Origin: a virus | Lineage: Duplodnaviria > Caudoviricetes | DNA: 64,000 bases | Direction: 5' to 3' (one strand) | IMG/VR virus record: IMGVR_UViG_2818991472_000001 | Coordinates: 32,001 to 96,000 of that record | In this document: piece by piece, positions 37,692 through 46,750 of the stretch | How positions within the stretch are numbered: position 1 is the stretch's first letter | Layout of the letters: each line of letters opens with the position of its first letter | The notes under the pieces: model-generated | Told to the model about the DNA's origin: nothing | Database searches by the model: none | What the model saw: the letters and a program-made list of their open reading frames with translations, nothing else | Program-made: the position numbers and the translations under genes

Positions 37692-38489
37692 CTACTGGCG
37701 GCGGTACGCGGCGAGACGGCAGCGGATACCCCACCAGTTGACGTGCGCGGGGGACGCCGACACCTCCACCCACTCCTCGTCCAGCAGCTCGTAGAACCCG
37801 TCATCGGCGTTCGCCCCGCCCCAGCCCTCCCCCGCGTACAGCAGCAGGTCGCCCTGGTACACCGACAGGGCGTGGCGGGCGTGCTCGCCCTGGTGGGGCG
37901 GCCAGACCATCAGCAGCACACGGTCCGGGTGCGCGGCAGCAGCCTCGGCGCCCTCGACCAGCACCGTGGTGTACGGACCGCCGGAGCACCACCGGTTCTC
38001 CCAGCCGGGCGGCAGCGGGTCGTAGGCGGCGACGTCCACCCCGGCCTGCTCCAGCTGCCACGCCCAGTACCCCGTACCGGCGCCGACCTCGACCACGGCC
38101 CGGCCGCCGAGCTGCTCCACCATCCAGGTGATGTCGCCAGGGGACGGGATCGACCAGGCGTACTGCGTGCACAGCTGCTGCCGGGAGGCACCGAGGAGCG
38201 CGAGGCGCATGCTCAGCTCCGGCGCGAAGTACATCGGCTCCATTTGCACCTCGGGCATCGTCCCGAAGACCGGCGGCGTCGACGGCATCCACCGCACCAC
38301 CTCCCAGTACGGGTTCTGCACCCCGTCAGGAACGAGCTGGTCGTGCGGGCCGCCCGCGAGCGGCGCAGCGCCCTCCGAGAAGAAGAACGGCTTCTCCGGC
38401 AGCTCCGGGTTCTTCCAGGCGGCCTGCAGCGCTTCCACGGCCCGCGCGGGGTCGATCAGCGGGCCGTGCCCCTCAAGGATGTCGGTCAT
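37692..38489 (-). CDS. Class I SAM-dependent methyltransferase-like protein
   Basis: VVEVGAGTGYWA, AYD, LLMVWPP, LLYAGE. Confidence 0.75.
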   Translation of the reverse strand: MTDILEGHGPLIDPARAVEALQAAWKNPELPEKPFFFSEGAAPLAGGPHDQLVPDGVQNPYWEVVRWMPSTPPVFGTMPEVQMEPMYFAPELSMRLALLGASRQQLCTQYAWSIPSPGDITWMVEQLGGRAVVEVGAGTGYWAWQLEQAGVDVAAYDPLPPGWENRWCSGGPYTTVLVEGAEAAAAHPDRVLLMVWPPHQGEHARHALSVYQGDLLLYAGEGWGGANADDGFYELLDEEWVEVSASPAHVNWWGIRCRLAAYRRQ

Positions 38490-38686
38490 GCCCTCTTTTT
38501 CCTGAACTCCAGTACGGTGCCCGGCGGTTGGTCCTCCGGGGTCTTGCAGTCCTGCTGGTGCACGGCGTACCAGGCGGCGGCCTGGGTGTGGGAGCGGTCG
38601 AACCCCGAGACCGAGCACCGGCGGCAGGTCGCGATGCCGGTCTCGGGGTCGTACCGGTACGGGAGCCGGGTCACCCGTCGGGTCAC
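38486..38686 (-). CDS. Small Zn-finger protein
   Basis: ATCRRC...WYAVHQQDC; coupled to both neighbours. Confidence 0.6.
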   Translation of the reverse strand: MTRRVTRLPYRYDPETGIATCRRCSVSGFDRSHTQAAAWYAVHQQDCKTPEDQPPGTVLEFRKKRA

Positions 38687-39081
38687 CCGTCGACCGCGCC
38701 CTGCCGCTCGGCCATCTCTTCGAAGGTGTCGAACAGCTCGGGCCACCCCTCGCCGGGGCGCAGCGCCTGGGCCGGGATGCGGCCGGTGGCTACCGCGAGC
38801 CGGATGCCGATGTGCTGGTGGCCCTCGACGGCGAGCCAGCCCGCGCATGCCTCCTCGTCGCCTTCGGGGGATTTGTGGCAGGCGAACATCGGCTGGGAGA
38901 CGATGTCCTCCATGCTGGTCACCTCGATCTGCTCGCTGGTGTTGCGGAGCAGCTCGTACCGCTCGGCGGTGAACTGGCCGGGCTCGGTCTCGCGCTTCCA
39001 CGGGCACTCGTTGCACGGGTAGCGGCGGTGCGGCGTGCCCGTGCTGCAGGAGCCGCGCTCCGGGGTCTGGGCGTCGGTCAC
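38683..39081 (-). CDS. DUF6283-like protein
   Basis: PCNECPW, FACHKS, CAGWL, LFDTFEEM. Confidence 0.7.
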   Translation of the reverse strand: MTDAQTPERGSCSTGTPHRRYPCNECPWKRETEPGQFTAERYELLRNTSEQIEVTSMEDIVSQPMFACHKSPEGDEEACAGWLAVEGHQHIGIRLAVATGRIPAQALRPGEGWPELFDTFEEMAERQGAVDG

Positions 39082-39839
39082 TGCTGGCTGCCCTGGGTCA
39101 GGGCGAGCAGGCGCAGCGCACCGTCGACGAGGTCGACCAGCTCCTTGGGGATGTCGTCGTCGTACTCGGCGAGGGAGCCGGAGAAGCTGGTGGTAGCGCG
39201 GCTGCGGCCGGGCTTGTTCTTCTCGTTGACGACCAGGCCCGCCGCGACGACGGTGCCGACAGCCCACTGGTTGGGCTCGGTCAGGTCGAAGGTGACGAAG
39301 ACGTTGTCGACCAGGATGCGCTCCTCCGGCTTCTCATAGCGGGCCATGATCAGGTCCTTCGGGGGCTCCAGGTGGAGCTTGACGCGGCCGTCGATGGTCT
39401 TGACGGTGGGGACCGGGATGTCGTCCTCGTCGTCAAGGAGTTCGACGATGCTGGTCTTGGAGAGGAAGCGGGAGACCGCGTTGTGCATGGCGGTGTCGAT
39501 CTCCTGGGCCAGGCCCGCGCGCTGGTTGCGGCGCTGCCCCAGCCAGGTGTTGACGTCGTCGCGGACGGCCATGGTGGCGTCGAAGACGACCTGGTCGGAG
39601 AAGCCGTCCAGGTCGGCGGGCTGCTCGAAGGTGTTGGAGACGATCGTCTGGGCCTTGGCTGCGACGTCCTGCCACTGCTTGAAGTGGGCGTTGGCCTGGA
39701 TCAGCTCCTCCATGCTCCGCTCGCTGAAGCGGGAGATGTCTCCGAGCCACGCGCCGGTGGCCTCGCGGGCGGCGGTCTGGTCCTTGATCACCTCCTTGTA
39801 GGCGGAGCGGATCGACTTGGCGACGGACTTGAGCTGCAC
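39078..39839 (-). CDS. Hypothetical protein
   Basis: GTG start with AGGAG RBS. Confidence 0.7.
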   Translation of the reverse strand: MQLKSVAKSIRSAYKEVIKDQTAAREATGAWLGDISRFSERSMEELIQANAHFKQWQDVAAKAQTIVSNTFEQPADLDGFSDQVVFDATMAVRDDVNTWLGQRRNQRAGLAQEIDTAMHNAVSRFLSKTSIVELLDDEDDIPVPTVKTIDGRVKLHLEPPKDLIMARYEKPEERILVDNVFVTFDLTEPNQWAVGTVVAAGLVVNEKNKPGRSRATTSFSGSLAEYDDDIPKELVDLVDGALRLLALTQGSQQ

Positions 39840-39853
39840 GGAGTGGCTCCTGG

Positions 39854-40375
39854 TCAGACGAGATCGGTGGGCAGGGTGGGCAGGATGTTCAGGCTCGCGC
39901 CGTCGTGGTCGCACTCCAGGGTGCCGACGTGGTGGCGGGAGTCGTTCGGGGTGACCGGGTGGACGGACTCGAAGCCGACGGTCCAGGGGTCGAGGCGGCC
40001 GGTGTAGTCGACGCTGGTGACCTTGGCGAAGTACCGCTCCCCGTACTGGCGGTCGTAGACCTTGATGGTGTCGCCCTCGGCGTAGGGCGGCTGCCGGTCG
40101 GTGTGCGGGTCCTTCTTGGCGGCGGGGCCGACACAGGCGATCTCGGCCAGCCGGTCCGGTCCGTCCTCGTGGTTCATCGCGAGGTCGACGGCAGCGGCCT
40201 CGACGGGGTACGCCTCGGTGAGGATGGCGCGGTTGCGGCGGTCGGCGGCGGCGAGGGCGGCGATCAGCGGCCGGGTGAAGGAGCCGACCTTGTGGCCGGG
40301 CAGGTAGCCGAAGTGGTGGAGGGTGTCGCGGGCGAGGGTGACGGGGATCTGGGGGGCCGGGTCGGCGGGGGTCAT
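39854..40375 (-). CDS. Hypothetical two-domain protein
   Basis: GSFT..LI.A...AD..NR..L...YP domain plus SH3-like C-terminus. Confidence 0.7.
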   Translation of the reverse strand: MTPADPAPQIPVTLARDTLHHFGYLPGHKVGSFTRPLIAALAAADRRNRAILTEAYPVEAAAVDLAMNHEDGPDRLAEIACVGPAAKKDPHTDRQPPYAEGDTIKVYDRQYGERYFAKVTSVDYTGRLDPWTVGFESVHPVTPNDSRHHVGTLECDHDGASLNILPTLPTDLV

Positions 40376-40441
40376 GGGTTCCTCAAGGGGGTTGGTTGGG
40401 CCGGGGTCCGGCAGGTTCATCCTGCCGGACCCCGGTGGGGT

Positions 40442-41023
40442 TCAGGGCTGGAAGGGCCGGTTGCAGTCGTCGGCCCGCTCGGTGGCGCAGATCGGGTCGT
40501 CGGTCAGGGTGTGCTCCCAGTGGCGGCCTTCGTCGTGGGTGCGGTAGGTGACGGGCTGGGAGCAGTAGTCGCAGGGGCGCGGCCGGGGGCCGCCCGGGAC
40601 GGCGCGCTCGTCGGGGGCCCAGGGGGCGAGCAGGTTGGAGTTGTTGACCAGCTCGGGGCGCAGCCGGGGCAGGAGCAGGTTGGCGCCGACCAGGGCCCGC
40701 CAGGCGCGCAGGCCCTCCAGGGTGCGGGCGTCGTCGGTGAGCGGGGGCAGCATGGCCAGGCGGGCGGCGGCCTCGGTGGCGGCCTTGTCGGTGAGCGGGA
40801 TGATCGAGGGCAGCATCACCAGCAGGCCGCTGCGCCCGGAGCGCGGGGTGTTGATCATGGGGCGGTGGGTTCCGGGGGCCGGGTGCAGGGTGTCGTCCCA
40901 GGCGATGTTCCGGTACGCCCACAGGTCGGTGGCGTCCAGGAGCCGCGCGGGGACGGGGACCGGGGTCTCCTTGGTCAGGCGCAGCTGGTAGGTCTGGTTG
41001 GCGGCCAGGGCGGAGCGCTTCAT
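40442..41023 (-). CDS. Hypothetical protein, first gene of a promoter cassette
   Basis: Start MKRSALAANQTY downstream of repeat 41093. Confidence 0.7.
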   Translation of the reverse strand: MKRSALAANQTYQLRLTKETPVPVPARLLDATDLWAYRNIAWDDTLHPAPGTHRPMINTPRSGRSGLLVMLPSIIPLTDKAATEAAARLAMLPPLTDDARTLEGLRAWRALVGANLLLPRLRPELVNNSNLLAPWAPDERAVPGGPRPRPCDYCSQPVTYRTHDEGRHWEHTLTDDPICATERADDCNRPFQP

Positions 41024-41092
41024 GGCAGGTGGTCTCCTGGTGGGGCGGCAGGGTCGGCGGGCCTGGCAGTGGCCCGCCTTCTGCACCCCAAT

Positions 41093-41132
41093 CTAGTGCA
41101 CCGCTATGCGCATAGGCAAGAGGGTTCACTAG
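41093..41132 (-). promoter_or_regulatory. Palindromic early-promoter repeat A
   Basis: CTAGTGCACCGCTATGCGCATAGGCAAGAGGGTTCACTAG. Confidence 0.85.
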
Positions 41133-41449
41133 GATTGGCGGCGCCCCCTCACCCGGTCCACCGCCCGCTGCGCCGCGCCCTGCCCGTGCTCGCGGTCGAA
41201 CAGCCAGCCGTCGAACTCCGTCGCCCCGGGCCGCAGGTCCACCTTCAGCGGCCGAGCGGCCACGTACTCGAACTGGCCGTCCGGGACCTGCTCAAGCCAC
41301 CGGCGAGCCTGCTCGACCGGCACGTCCTCGGGCACGGCGCCCATTGCCGCGTAGACCAGCGCCACCTGGCCACCGCCCCCGCCCAGCCCCGCCTCGTTGA
41401 ACAGCGCGGCCAGGACCTCGGCCCGGTCCAGCCCCGTGATGTCGATCAT
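41129..41449 (-). CDS. Hypothetical conserved phage protein
   Basis: MIDITGLDRAEVLAALFN...FEYV..RPLKVDL...FDR.HG.GAA. Confidence 0.75.
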   Translation of the reverse strand: MIDITGLDRAEVLAALFNEAGLGGGGGQVALVYAAMGAVPEDVPVEQARRWLEQVPDGQFEYVAARPLKVDLRPGATEFDGWLFDREHGQGAAQRAVDRVRGRRQS

Positions 41450-42024
41450 GAACGGTCCATCTCCGTCTCGGTGCGGTGGCTGGCCCAGGCGGCCAGCGTC
41501 TCGAAGTCGTCGTCGGTCAACCCGGTGGCCGGGTCGACCAGGCGCAGCAGCGCCGGGGCCGCGTGCCGGTCGGCGACGAAGGCGCGGTCGGCGTCGGTCA
41601 CCTCGTCGTCCACCCAGGCGAACGGCCGCCCGGCGGCGTACTCCAGGAGCGCGGCCAGCTTCCAGTGCACCCCGCCCGGCCGGTCCTCCTCCGGCGCGTC
41701 ACCGACCGGCACGAGCGGCAGGTCCGGCAGCTGCTCCTCGCCGCCGACCAGGCCGACCGCCGGTCCGATGTAGCGGTTGGCCAGCTCGTTCCAGCTGGTG
41801 CACCACACCAGGTCGTACGGCAGTGCGCGCAGCCGGGCGCCGTGGCCGGGGTGCAGCCACACCTTCGGCAGCCGCACGTAGTAGGAGGGCTTGCCCGGGG
41901 TGCCGCCGCTGCGCAGGTGGGTCCAGCGGTGCGGCGTGTACCCGGCCGGGCGGCCCTCGGGCCGGGTGCCGTAGGCGTTCAGCGGGCCGTCGACGTCCAG
42001 GAAGAGCAGCGGGCGGTCAGCCAC
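41446..42024 (-). CDS. HAD-superfamily (Swiss-Army-Knife RNA-repair type) phosphatase
   Basis: LLFLDVDGPLN, LVWCTSW, WK, FAWVDD. Confidence 0.85.
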   Translation of the reverse strand: MADRPLLFLDVDGPLNAYGTRPEGRPAGYTPHRWTHLRSGGTPGKPSYYVRLPKVWLHPGHGARLRALPYDLVWCTSWNELANRYIGPAVGLVGGEEQLPDLPLVPVGDAPEEDRPGGVHWKLAALLEYAAGRPFAWVDDEVTDADRAFVADRHAAPALLRLVDPATGLTDDDFETLAAWASHRTETEMDRS

Positions 42025-42361
42025 GGCCAGCCTCCCGGGCGCCGTGCACGGCGGGCGGGGCAGCGGAGAGCAGCACGTTGTACCGCAGGTGGCTGCTCCG
42101 CTCGGCGAGCAGGCCGTTCAGCCTGGCGGCGGCTCCCTGGGCGACCTCCAGCAGGCCGCGCTCGCGGTCGGTCAGGCCGTCCGGGCCGATGGCGGGCTCC
42201 CGGGGCTCGAAGCCCTCGGCGCCGCAGTGGACGCAGCGCCAGCCCTCGCCGTCCGGCCCGGAGTGGGTGGTCTCGGTGTCGTGGTCGTAGGTGTCCCCGC
42301 AGACCACCCCCGCCCGGTCGTCGGCCAGGGCCTGTTCCAGGCCCTTCGGCGGGTATGTCAC
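42017..42361 (-). CDS. Small Zn-ribbon hypothetical protein
   Basis: AGGAGGAG RBS; WRCVHCGAE. Confidence 0.65.
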   Translation of the reverse strand: MTYPPKGLEQALADDRAGVVCGDTYDHDTETTHSGPDGEGWRCVHCGAEGFEPREPAIGPDGLTDRERGLLEVAQGAAARLNGLLAERSSHLRYNVLLSAAPPAVHGAREAGRG

Positions 42362-42410
42362 GGTGCTCCTCCTTCGAAGTGCTGTGTTGCTGAGTTAAGC
42401 ATCTCTGCGG

Positions 42411-42785
42411 TCAGCGCGGCTGCGCCTCGGTGATCGACCAGTCGGCGGCGGCCCAGGTGGTGGCGCCGGTGTCGGGGTCGGTGCTCGGTTTCCAGGCCAG
42501 CGGGCCGCCGTGGGCCTCAGCCTCGTGCCGGGCGCCGCTCAGGTCCCCGTGCCGGGTGTGCTCGGCGCCGCGCAGCAGCAGCACCCGGGGGCGCCGGTCG
42601 GCGGGGACGGCCACCACGGTGTGGGCGGAGCGCTCCTCCCAGCCCCAGGCGCCCGTCGTGAGCAGCTGCGCGCCGGGGGCCAGGGAGGCGGCCATCAGCG
42701 CGCTCTCGATGTCGGTCCCCTTCCACAGCTCGGTGCGGTCGGGTGCCAGGACGGCCATCATCCGGTCCGTCACTCGGTGAGTCAT
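42411..42785 (-). CDS. Hypothetical protein
   Basis: GAGGAG RBS upstream. Confidence 0.55.
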   Translation of the reverse strand: MTHRVTDRMMAVLAPDRTELWKGTDIESALMAASLAPGAQLLTTGAWGWEERSAHTVVAVPADRRPRVLLLRGAEHTRHGDLSGARHEAEAHGGPLAWKPSTDPDTGATTWAAADWSITEAQPR

Positions 42786-43041
42786 GATCGTTTCATCTCC
42801 TCGTGTCCGGCCACCGTAGTCGGCGGCCGGGTAGCGGGCGCGGGGTTTGTCCGGGCCCATGATGGGCGGGGCGGCCGACACTCCCCCTGGCGCCGGGTGG
42901 TGGCGGCGCAGCGGCTGGCCATACTGGCCCGACCGCCGCCGGGCCGGGCGTGAAGGCGGCGCAGCGGGCCCAGGCGGGCCCCGGGAACCTCCGCCGGGGT
43001 CCTGGGCCCGCCCACGCCCGTTGAGCGCCTAGCCTGGTGGC

Positions 43042-43209
43042 ATGACACCTACGCGCTTCTTGATGTGCCCCGAGTGCGGCGGACCGGCTCCGGTAGACCC
43101 GTTCAACCAGATGGGCCCGCACGACCAGCCCGACGGCAAGCCCTGCGTGATGTCGTGGGATGACGGGGGCCGGGCGTTCCTGGCCAAGGCGGACGCGGAC
43201 TCCGCCTGA
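43042..43209 (+). CDS. 55-aa Zn-ribbon protein, probably leaderless (not in ORF track)
   Basis: MTPTRFLMCPECGG...H....PC; TAGCCT -10 six bases before the ATG. Confidence 0.55.
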   Translation: MTPTRFLMCPECGGPAPVDPFNQMGPHDQPDGKPCVMSWDDGGRAFLAKADADSA

Positions 43210-43230
43210 GCCCTACGGAGGGCAGGGCCC

Positions 43231-43959
43231 TCACCGGCGCAGCGCCGCGAGCAGCTCGGTGTACTTCTCCGGCTGCTCCTCGGGCCAGACGCCGTAGCCG
43301 TTGCGGGCCTCGTTCAGGTCGTGGGTGATCGCGGAGTACAGGGCCAGGACGGCCGGGTTGTTGCTGATCTCGGAGCGGTCGGCGGTCCAGTCGAAGCCGG
43401 TGTCCTCCAGCCACCCGGCGATGATCATGGCGCGGGTCTTGGTCCGGCAGTCCATCGCCACGATGACGCCCGGGGTGGCGTCGGCGGTCGGCAGGGCGAC
43501 GGTCCAGGCCATCGGGGAGTGGTTCGAGGGCTTGCGGCGGGCGACGACCAGAGTGGCCGGGGCGGCCGGGCGCGGCGGCTTGGCGGCGGGCTGCTCCGGT
43601 GCGGGGTGCTCGGCGAGCAGGGCCTTCACCTCGTCCAGGGTGTCGTACGCCTTGAACAGGCTGCTCCCGCCCCAGGTGCGGGCGGCGGCGGCCTTGAGCA
43701 CGGCGTCCGTGGCGCAGCGGCCGGACTCGACGAGCAGGATCTTGTGGTCCTTGGGCAGCACGGCGGCCGTGGCGAAGGTGCGGCCGTCCGGTCCGCGCAT
43801 CGCCTTCACCGTGCCGTCGCGGCGCACCGAGGTGACCAGCGCCGGAGTGAAGGTGACGGCCTCGGAGGGCTGCTCCTGGTTGATGTAGAAGGCGCGGTGG
43901 ACCTCGCGGTAGACCGCGAGCTGTCCCCGGGTAGCGCGCAGCGGGGCGGTGGTGGTCAT
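43231..43959 (-). CDS. Hypothetical cassette protein
   Basis: Follows repeat 44002. Confidence 0.75.
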   Translation of the reverse strand: MTTTAPLRATRGQLAVYREVHRAFYINQEQPSEAVTFTPALVTSVRRDGTVKAMRGPDGRTFATAAVLPKDHKILLVESGRCATDAVLKAAAARTWGGSSLFKAYDTLDEVKALLAEHPAPEQPAAKPPRPAAPATLVVARRKPSNHSPMAWTVALPTADATPGVIVAMDCRTKTRAMIIAGWLEDTGFDWTADRSEISNNPAVLALYSAITHDLNEARNGYGVWPEEQPEKYTELLAALRR

Positions 43960-44001
43960 CGGTGTCTCCGGTTCTTGGCAGGGTTGGTGACAGGCAGGAA
44001 C

Positions 44002-44040
44002 CTAGTGCAACGCTGTGAGTATGCGCAAGGTGTTCACGAG
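44002..44040 (-). promoter_or_regulatory. Palindromic early-promoter repeat B
   Basis: CTAGTGCAACGCTGTGAGTATGCGCAAGGTGTTCACGAG. Confidence 0.85.
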
Positions 44041-44498
44041 AACGTGATGGCCGCGACCGCCTCCAGCGTCATCGGCCCGCGCTGCGCCACCGGCCGGGGA
44101 GCGGCCGACCGCCGGACCTCCCCCCGGTCCACGGACACCGCGTACGGCGGCTCCGGCAGGGCCCCGACGTCCCCCTGCACCCTGACGCGCCCGGCGCGCC
44201 ACTCCCCCTGGACCGCCCCCATCACCTGCGCCCAGTGCGCCCGCGCCTGCGGCAGTTGCCCCGGCCCGTACGGGTGCGCCATCACCCGGGCCGCCCGCGT
44301 CTCCCCCACCCGGGCGGAGATCCTGGTGATCCACTCCCGCCGCTCCCAGGCCGGGGCTCCGCCGGTCGTGGTGCGCACGTCGGCGGCCCAGTGCTGAACC
44401 AGGGTGCGCCACCCGTTCTCGTGCACCACGTCCACGGTGCGCAGCAGCGCGGCGGCGGGGTCGGGGCGGGCGGCGGTCTCGATCGGGTGGGGGCTCAT
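44034..44498 (-). CDS. Hypothetical protein
   Basis: Start MSPHPIE with GGAGG RBS. Confidence 0.6.
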   Translation of the reverse strand: MSPHPIETAARPDPAAALLRTVDVVHENGWRTLVQHWAADVRTTTGGAPAWERREWITRISARVGETRAARVMAHPYGPGQLPQARAHWAQVMGAVQGEWRAGRVRVQGDVGALPEPPYAVSVDRGEVRRSAAPRPVAQRGPMTLEAVAAITFS

Positions 44499-44671
44499 GG
44501 CAGGTCGTCCCTCCGTGGCAGGCGGCAGGCAGGCGGTGGGTGATGCGGATTCCGTCGCCGACTGGCAGTGATCGTGCGGAATCCGTGGCTCGGCCCTAGG
44601 GGGCGAGACGACGGAATCCGTAGATTGGGCTACGGATTCCGTCGTCGGGGGTGGCGGCCCGGACGGGGGGC

Positions 44672-44911
44672 TCAGCCGGTGTGGACGGTCTCGCCGTCGA
44701 CGGTGACCTTGATCGGGATGGTGCCGTCCGGCCGGGTCGCGGTGCAGTCGTCGTCCTTGGAGGCGACGCCGATGAGCAGGGTGCCGTCCGGCTCGAAGGA
44801 GACGAACACCCACGTCCCCCCGATCTCCAGGGTGGGGCCCGCGTACATGTCGGCGGGGTGGAACTGGGCGTCGTCGTTGGCGCGCTCGGCGTCGGCGGCG
44901 GAAGAGATCAT
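44672..44911 (-). CDS. Small beta-rich protein (paralog of 45539..45772)
   Basis: F.PAD...EIGG..V....DGTL...V...R.D.T.P...TV....V.TG shared. Confidence 0.75.
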   Translation of the reverse strand: MISSAADAERANDDAQFHPADMYAGPTLEIGGTWVFVSFEPDGTLLIGVASKDDDCTATRPDGTIPIKVTVDGETVHTG

Positions 44912-45059
44912 GGCGAGTTCTCCAACTGGCTTGGCAGGGTTGTGAGTTGGCCGGACCGTGGCAGTGGTCGGCCGGTCCGCCCGGCGCTGCTCCGTGGCAG
45001 GGTGGCGCAGCGCCGGGGCGTGAACTGGCTTGCAGGGCTTGGCAGTTGCCCGGGTTGGG

Positions 45060-45449
45060 TCAGGCGGTGTGGTGCAGGTCGAGCACGCGGCCGACGTTGC
45101 CGCTGCCCGCCCCGGGGGTGCGGTGCGCGGCGCACCGGGGGTCGAAGTCCACGACGCTGCCCAGGGGGCTGGAGGTGACGAACACGACGGCCGACGCCTC
45201 CCCGCACACGTCCCCGGCGCTGCTGGTGAGCACGCGGCACGGGCGGGCGGCCCAATACCGGAGGATGGCGTCCCGGCCGTCAGGGGTGAGCTGGGCGTCC
45301 CACCCGGTGGGGGTGTCGGCGACCAGGCCGAGCCGGGCGGCCCGGTGGCGGGCGGTGCGGTGCTCGTCGCCGGTGACGGAGTGCTGAGTCAGCAGGCGCT
45401 CCAGGACGGTGCGCACGGGGCGGGACAGCGGGGCGGCGGTGGCGGGCAT
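45060..45449 (-). CDS. wHTH-like plus Cys domain hypothetical protein
   Basis: RLGLV...LTPDGR; C...C...C..H. Confidence 0.6.
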   Translation of the reverse strand: MPATAAPLSRPVRTVLERLLTQHSVTGDEHRTARHRAARLGLVADTPTGWDAQLTPDGRDAILRYWAARPCRVLTSSAGDVCGEASAVVFVTSSPLGSVVDFDPRCAAHRTPGAGSGNVGRVLDLHHTA

Positions 45450-45538
45450 GGCGGCCTCTCTGGCGGTCTGGGCGGGGTGCTGGAGGGAGCGGGGCGCAGC
45501 GGGCGGTGCTGCGCCCCGTGGGGGCGGCGTGGGCGGCT

Positions 45539-45772
45539 TCAGCCGGTGAACACCTCGCGGTCGCCCACGGTGATCCGCAGGGGGACGGTGTCGTCGGCCC
45601 GGACGAGGCCCGGGGCGGCGGTCTCCAGGTTGACGGACACGCACAGGGTGCCGTCGTCGTCCAGGTAGGCGTACACCTGGGCGCCGCCGATCTCGATGCA
45701 CGGCAGCGTGCCGGGCTCGGCCGGGTCGGCGGGCAGGAAGGTGGCGGCGGCGTTGGCGGTCTTCGGGTTCAC
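45539..45772 (-). CDS. Small beta-rich protein (paralog of 44672..44911)
   Basis: Same shared pattern; GAGGAG RBS. Confidence 0.75.
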   Translation of the reverse strand: MNPKTANAAATFLPADPAEPGTLPCIEIGGAQVYAYLDDDGTLCVSVNLETAAPGLVRADDTVPLRITVGDREVFTG

Positions 45773-45819
45773 GGCGGTCTCTCCTCGCGGTCGTCTGGCC
45801 AACTGGCTTGCGGTGGTGG

Positions 45820-46068
45820 CTAGTTGCTCTGTCCGGGGCGCCAGGCGGGCGGCTGGGCCAGGGTGGCGATGCCTTCCAGCTCCGGGAACAGGCGCAGCAG
45901 GTCATCGGTGGTGCTCGGGGTGAGCCGCTCCATCAGGTCGACGATGACCATGCCCCGGCTCGGCTCGACCCCGAAGCGCTCGGCGTAGGCCGCGACGTCC
46001 ACGGCCACCATGAAGTTGAGCGGGATCGTGACGGGCTCGGGCTGGGCCGGGGTGCGGTCGGTGCTCAC
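45820..46068 (-). CDS. Hypothetical protein
   Basis: GGAGG RBS. Confidence 0.65.
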   Translation of the reverse strand: MSTDRTPAQPEPVTIPLNFMVAVDVAAYAERFGVEPSRGMVIVDLMERLTPSTTDDLLRLFPELEGIATLAQPPAWRPGQSN

Positions 46069-46134
46069 GAGGGCCTCCAGGGGGCCTACAGCGGCCGCTG
46101 CGCCCCGGTGTGGGGCGCAGCAGCGGCGCGGGTG

Positions 46135-46662
46135 TCAGGCGGTCGGCTCGGTGGCGCTGGTGGCGTCGGGGGTGGCGTCCGGGTCGGTGTCGGCAACGCC
46201 CGGGTACGTCCACTGGTTGGCGTTCTCGGGGAAGGGCCAGCGCAGCGCGGTCAGCTGGGCGCGGGTCTGGGGCGACAGGTAGAACATGCTGGAGAGGGTG
46301 TGCCCGGCGAACAGGTTGACCCAGGCCGGGGGGTCGACGGGCATCCGGCGCTTGCAGGAGCAGTAACCCTGCTCCTCGGGGTCGCACTCGGCGTCGTGCA
46401 GGGTGCGGTACTGCTGCGGGGCGGGGTTGACCAGGGTGACCAGGCGCCAATCCTGCACGGTGCCGCCCATGATGCTGGGCTTGCCGGTGTCGATGATCTC
46501 CCAGAGGCACAGGGTGCGGTTCTTCAGGTCGGCGTCGTCGGCGGCGGCGTCCAGGGCGTCCCGGACGGGGCCGAAGTTCATGTTGTCGGTGAGGGTGTCG
46601 CGGCTGAGGGTGGTGAGACGGAAGCCGGTGCGGATTCCGGCGGCGGGGGTGGTGGCGTTCAC
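46135..46662 (-). CDS. Hypothetical protein
   Basis: AGGAG RBS; H...C......CSC. Confidence 0.7.
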   Translation of the reverse strand: MNATTPAAGIRTGFRLTTLSRDTLTDNMNFGPVRDALDAAADDADLKNRTLCLWEIIDTGKPSIMGGTVQDWRLVTLVNPAPQQYRTLHDAECDPEEQGYCSCKRRMPVDPPAWVNLFAGHTLSSMFYLSPQTRAQLTALRWPFPENANQWTYPGVADTDPDATPDATSATEPTA

Positions 46663-46750
46663 GGTGGGCTCCTGAGGGGCTGTAGGGGGTGCTGGGCGGT
46701 CTGCGGGCCCCCGCTGCGCCGCGCGGGGCGCAGCGGGGGCTGTGGGGCTG

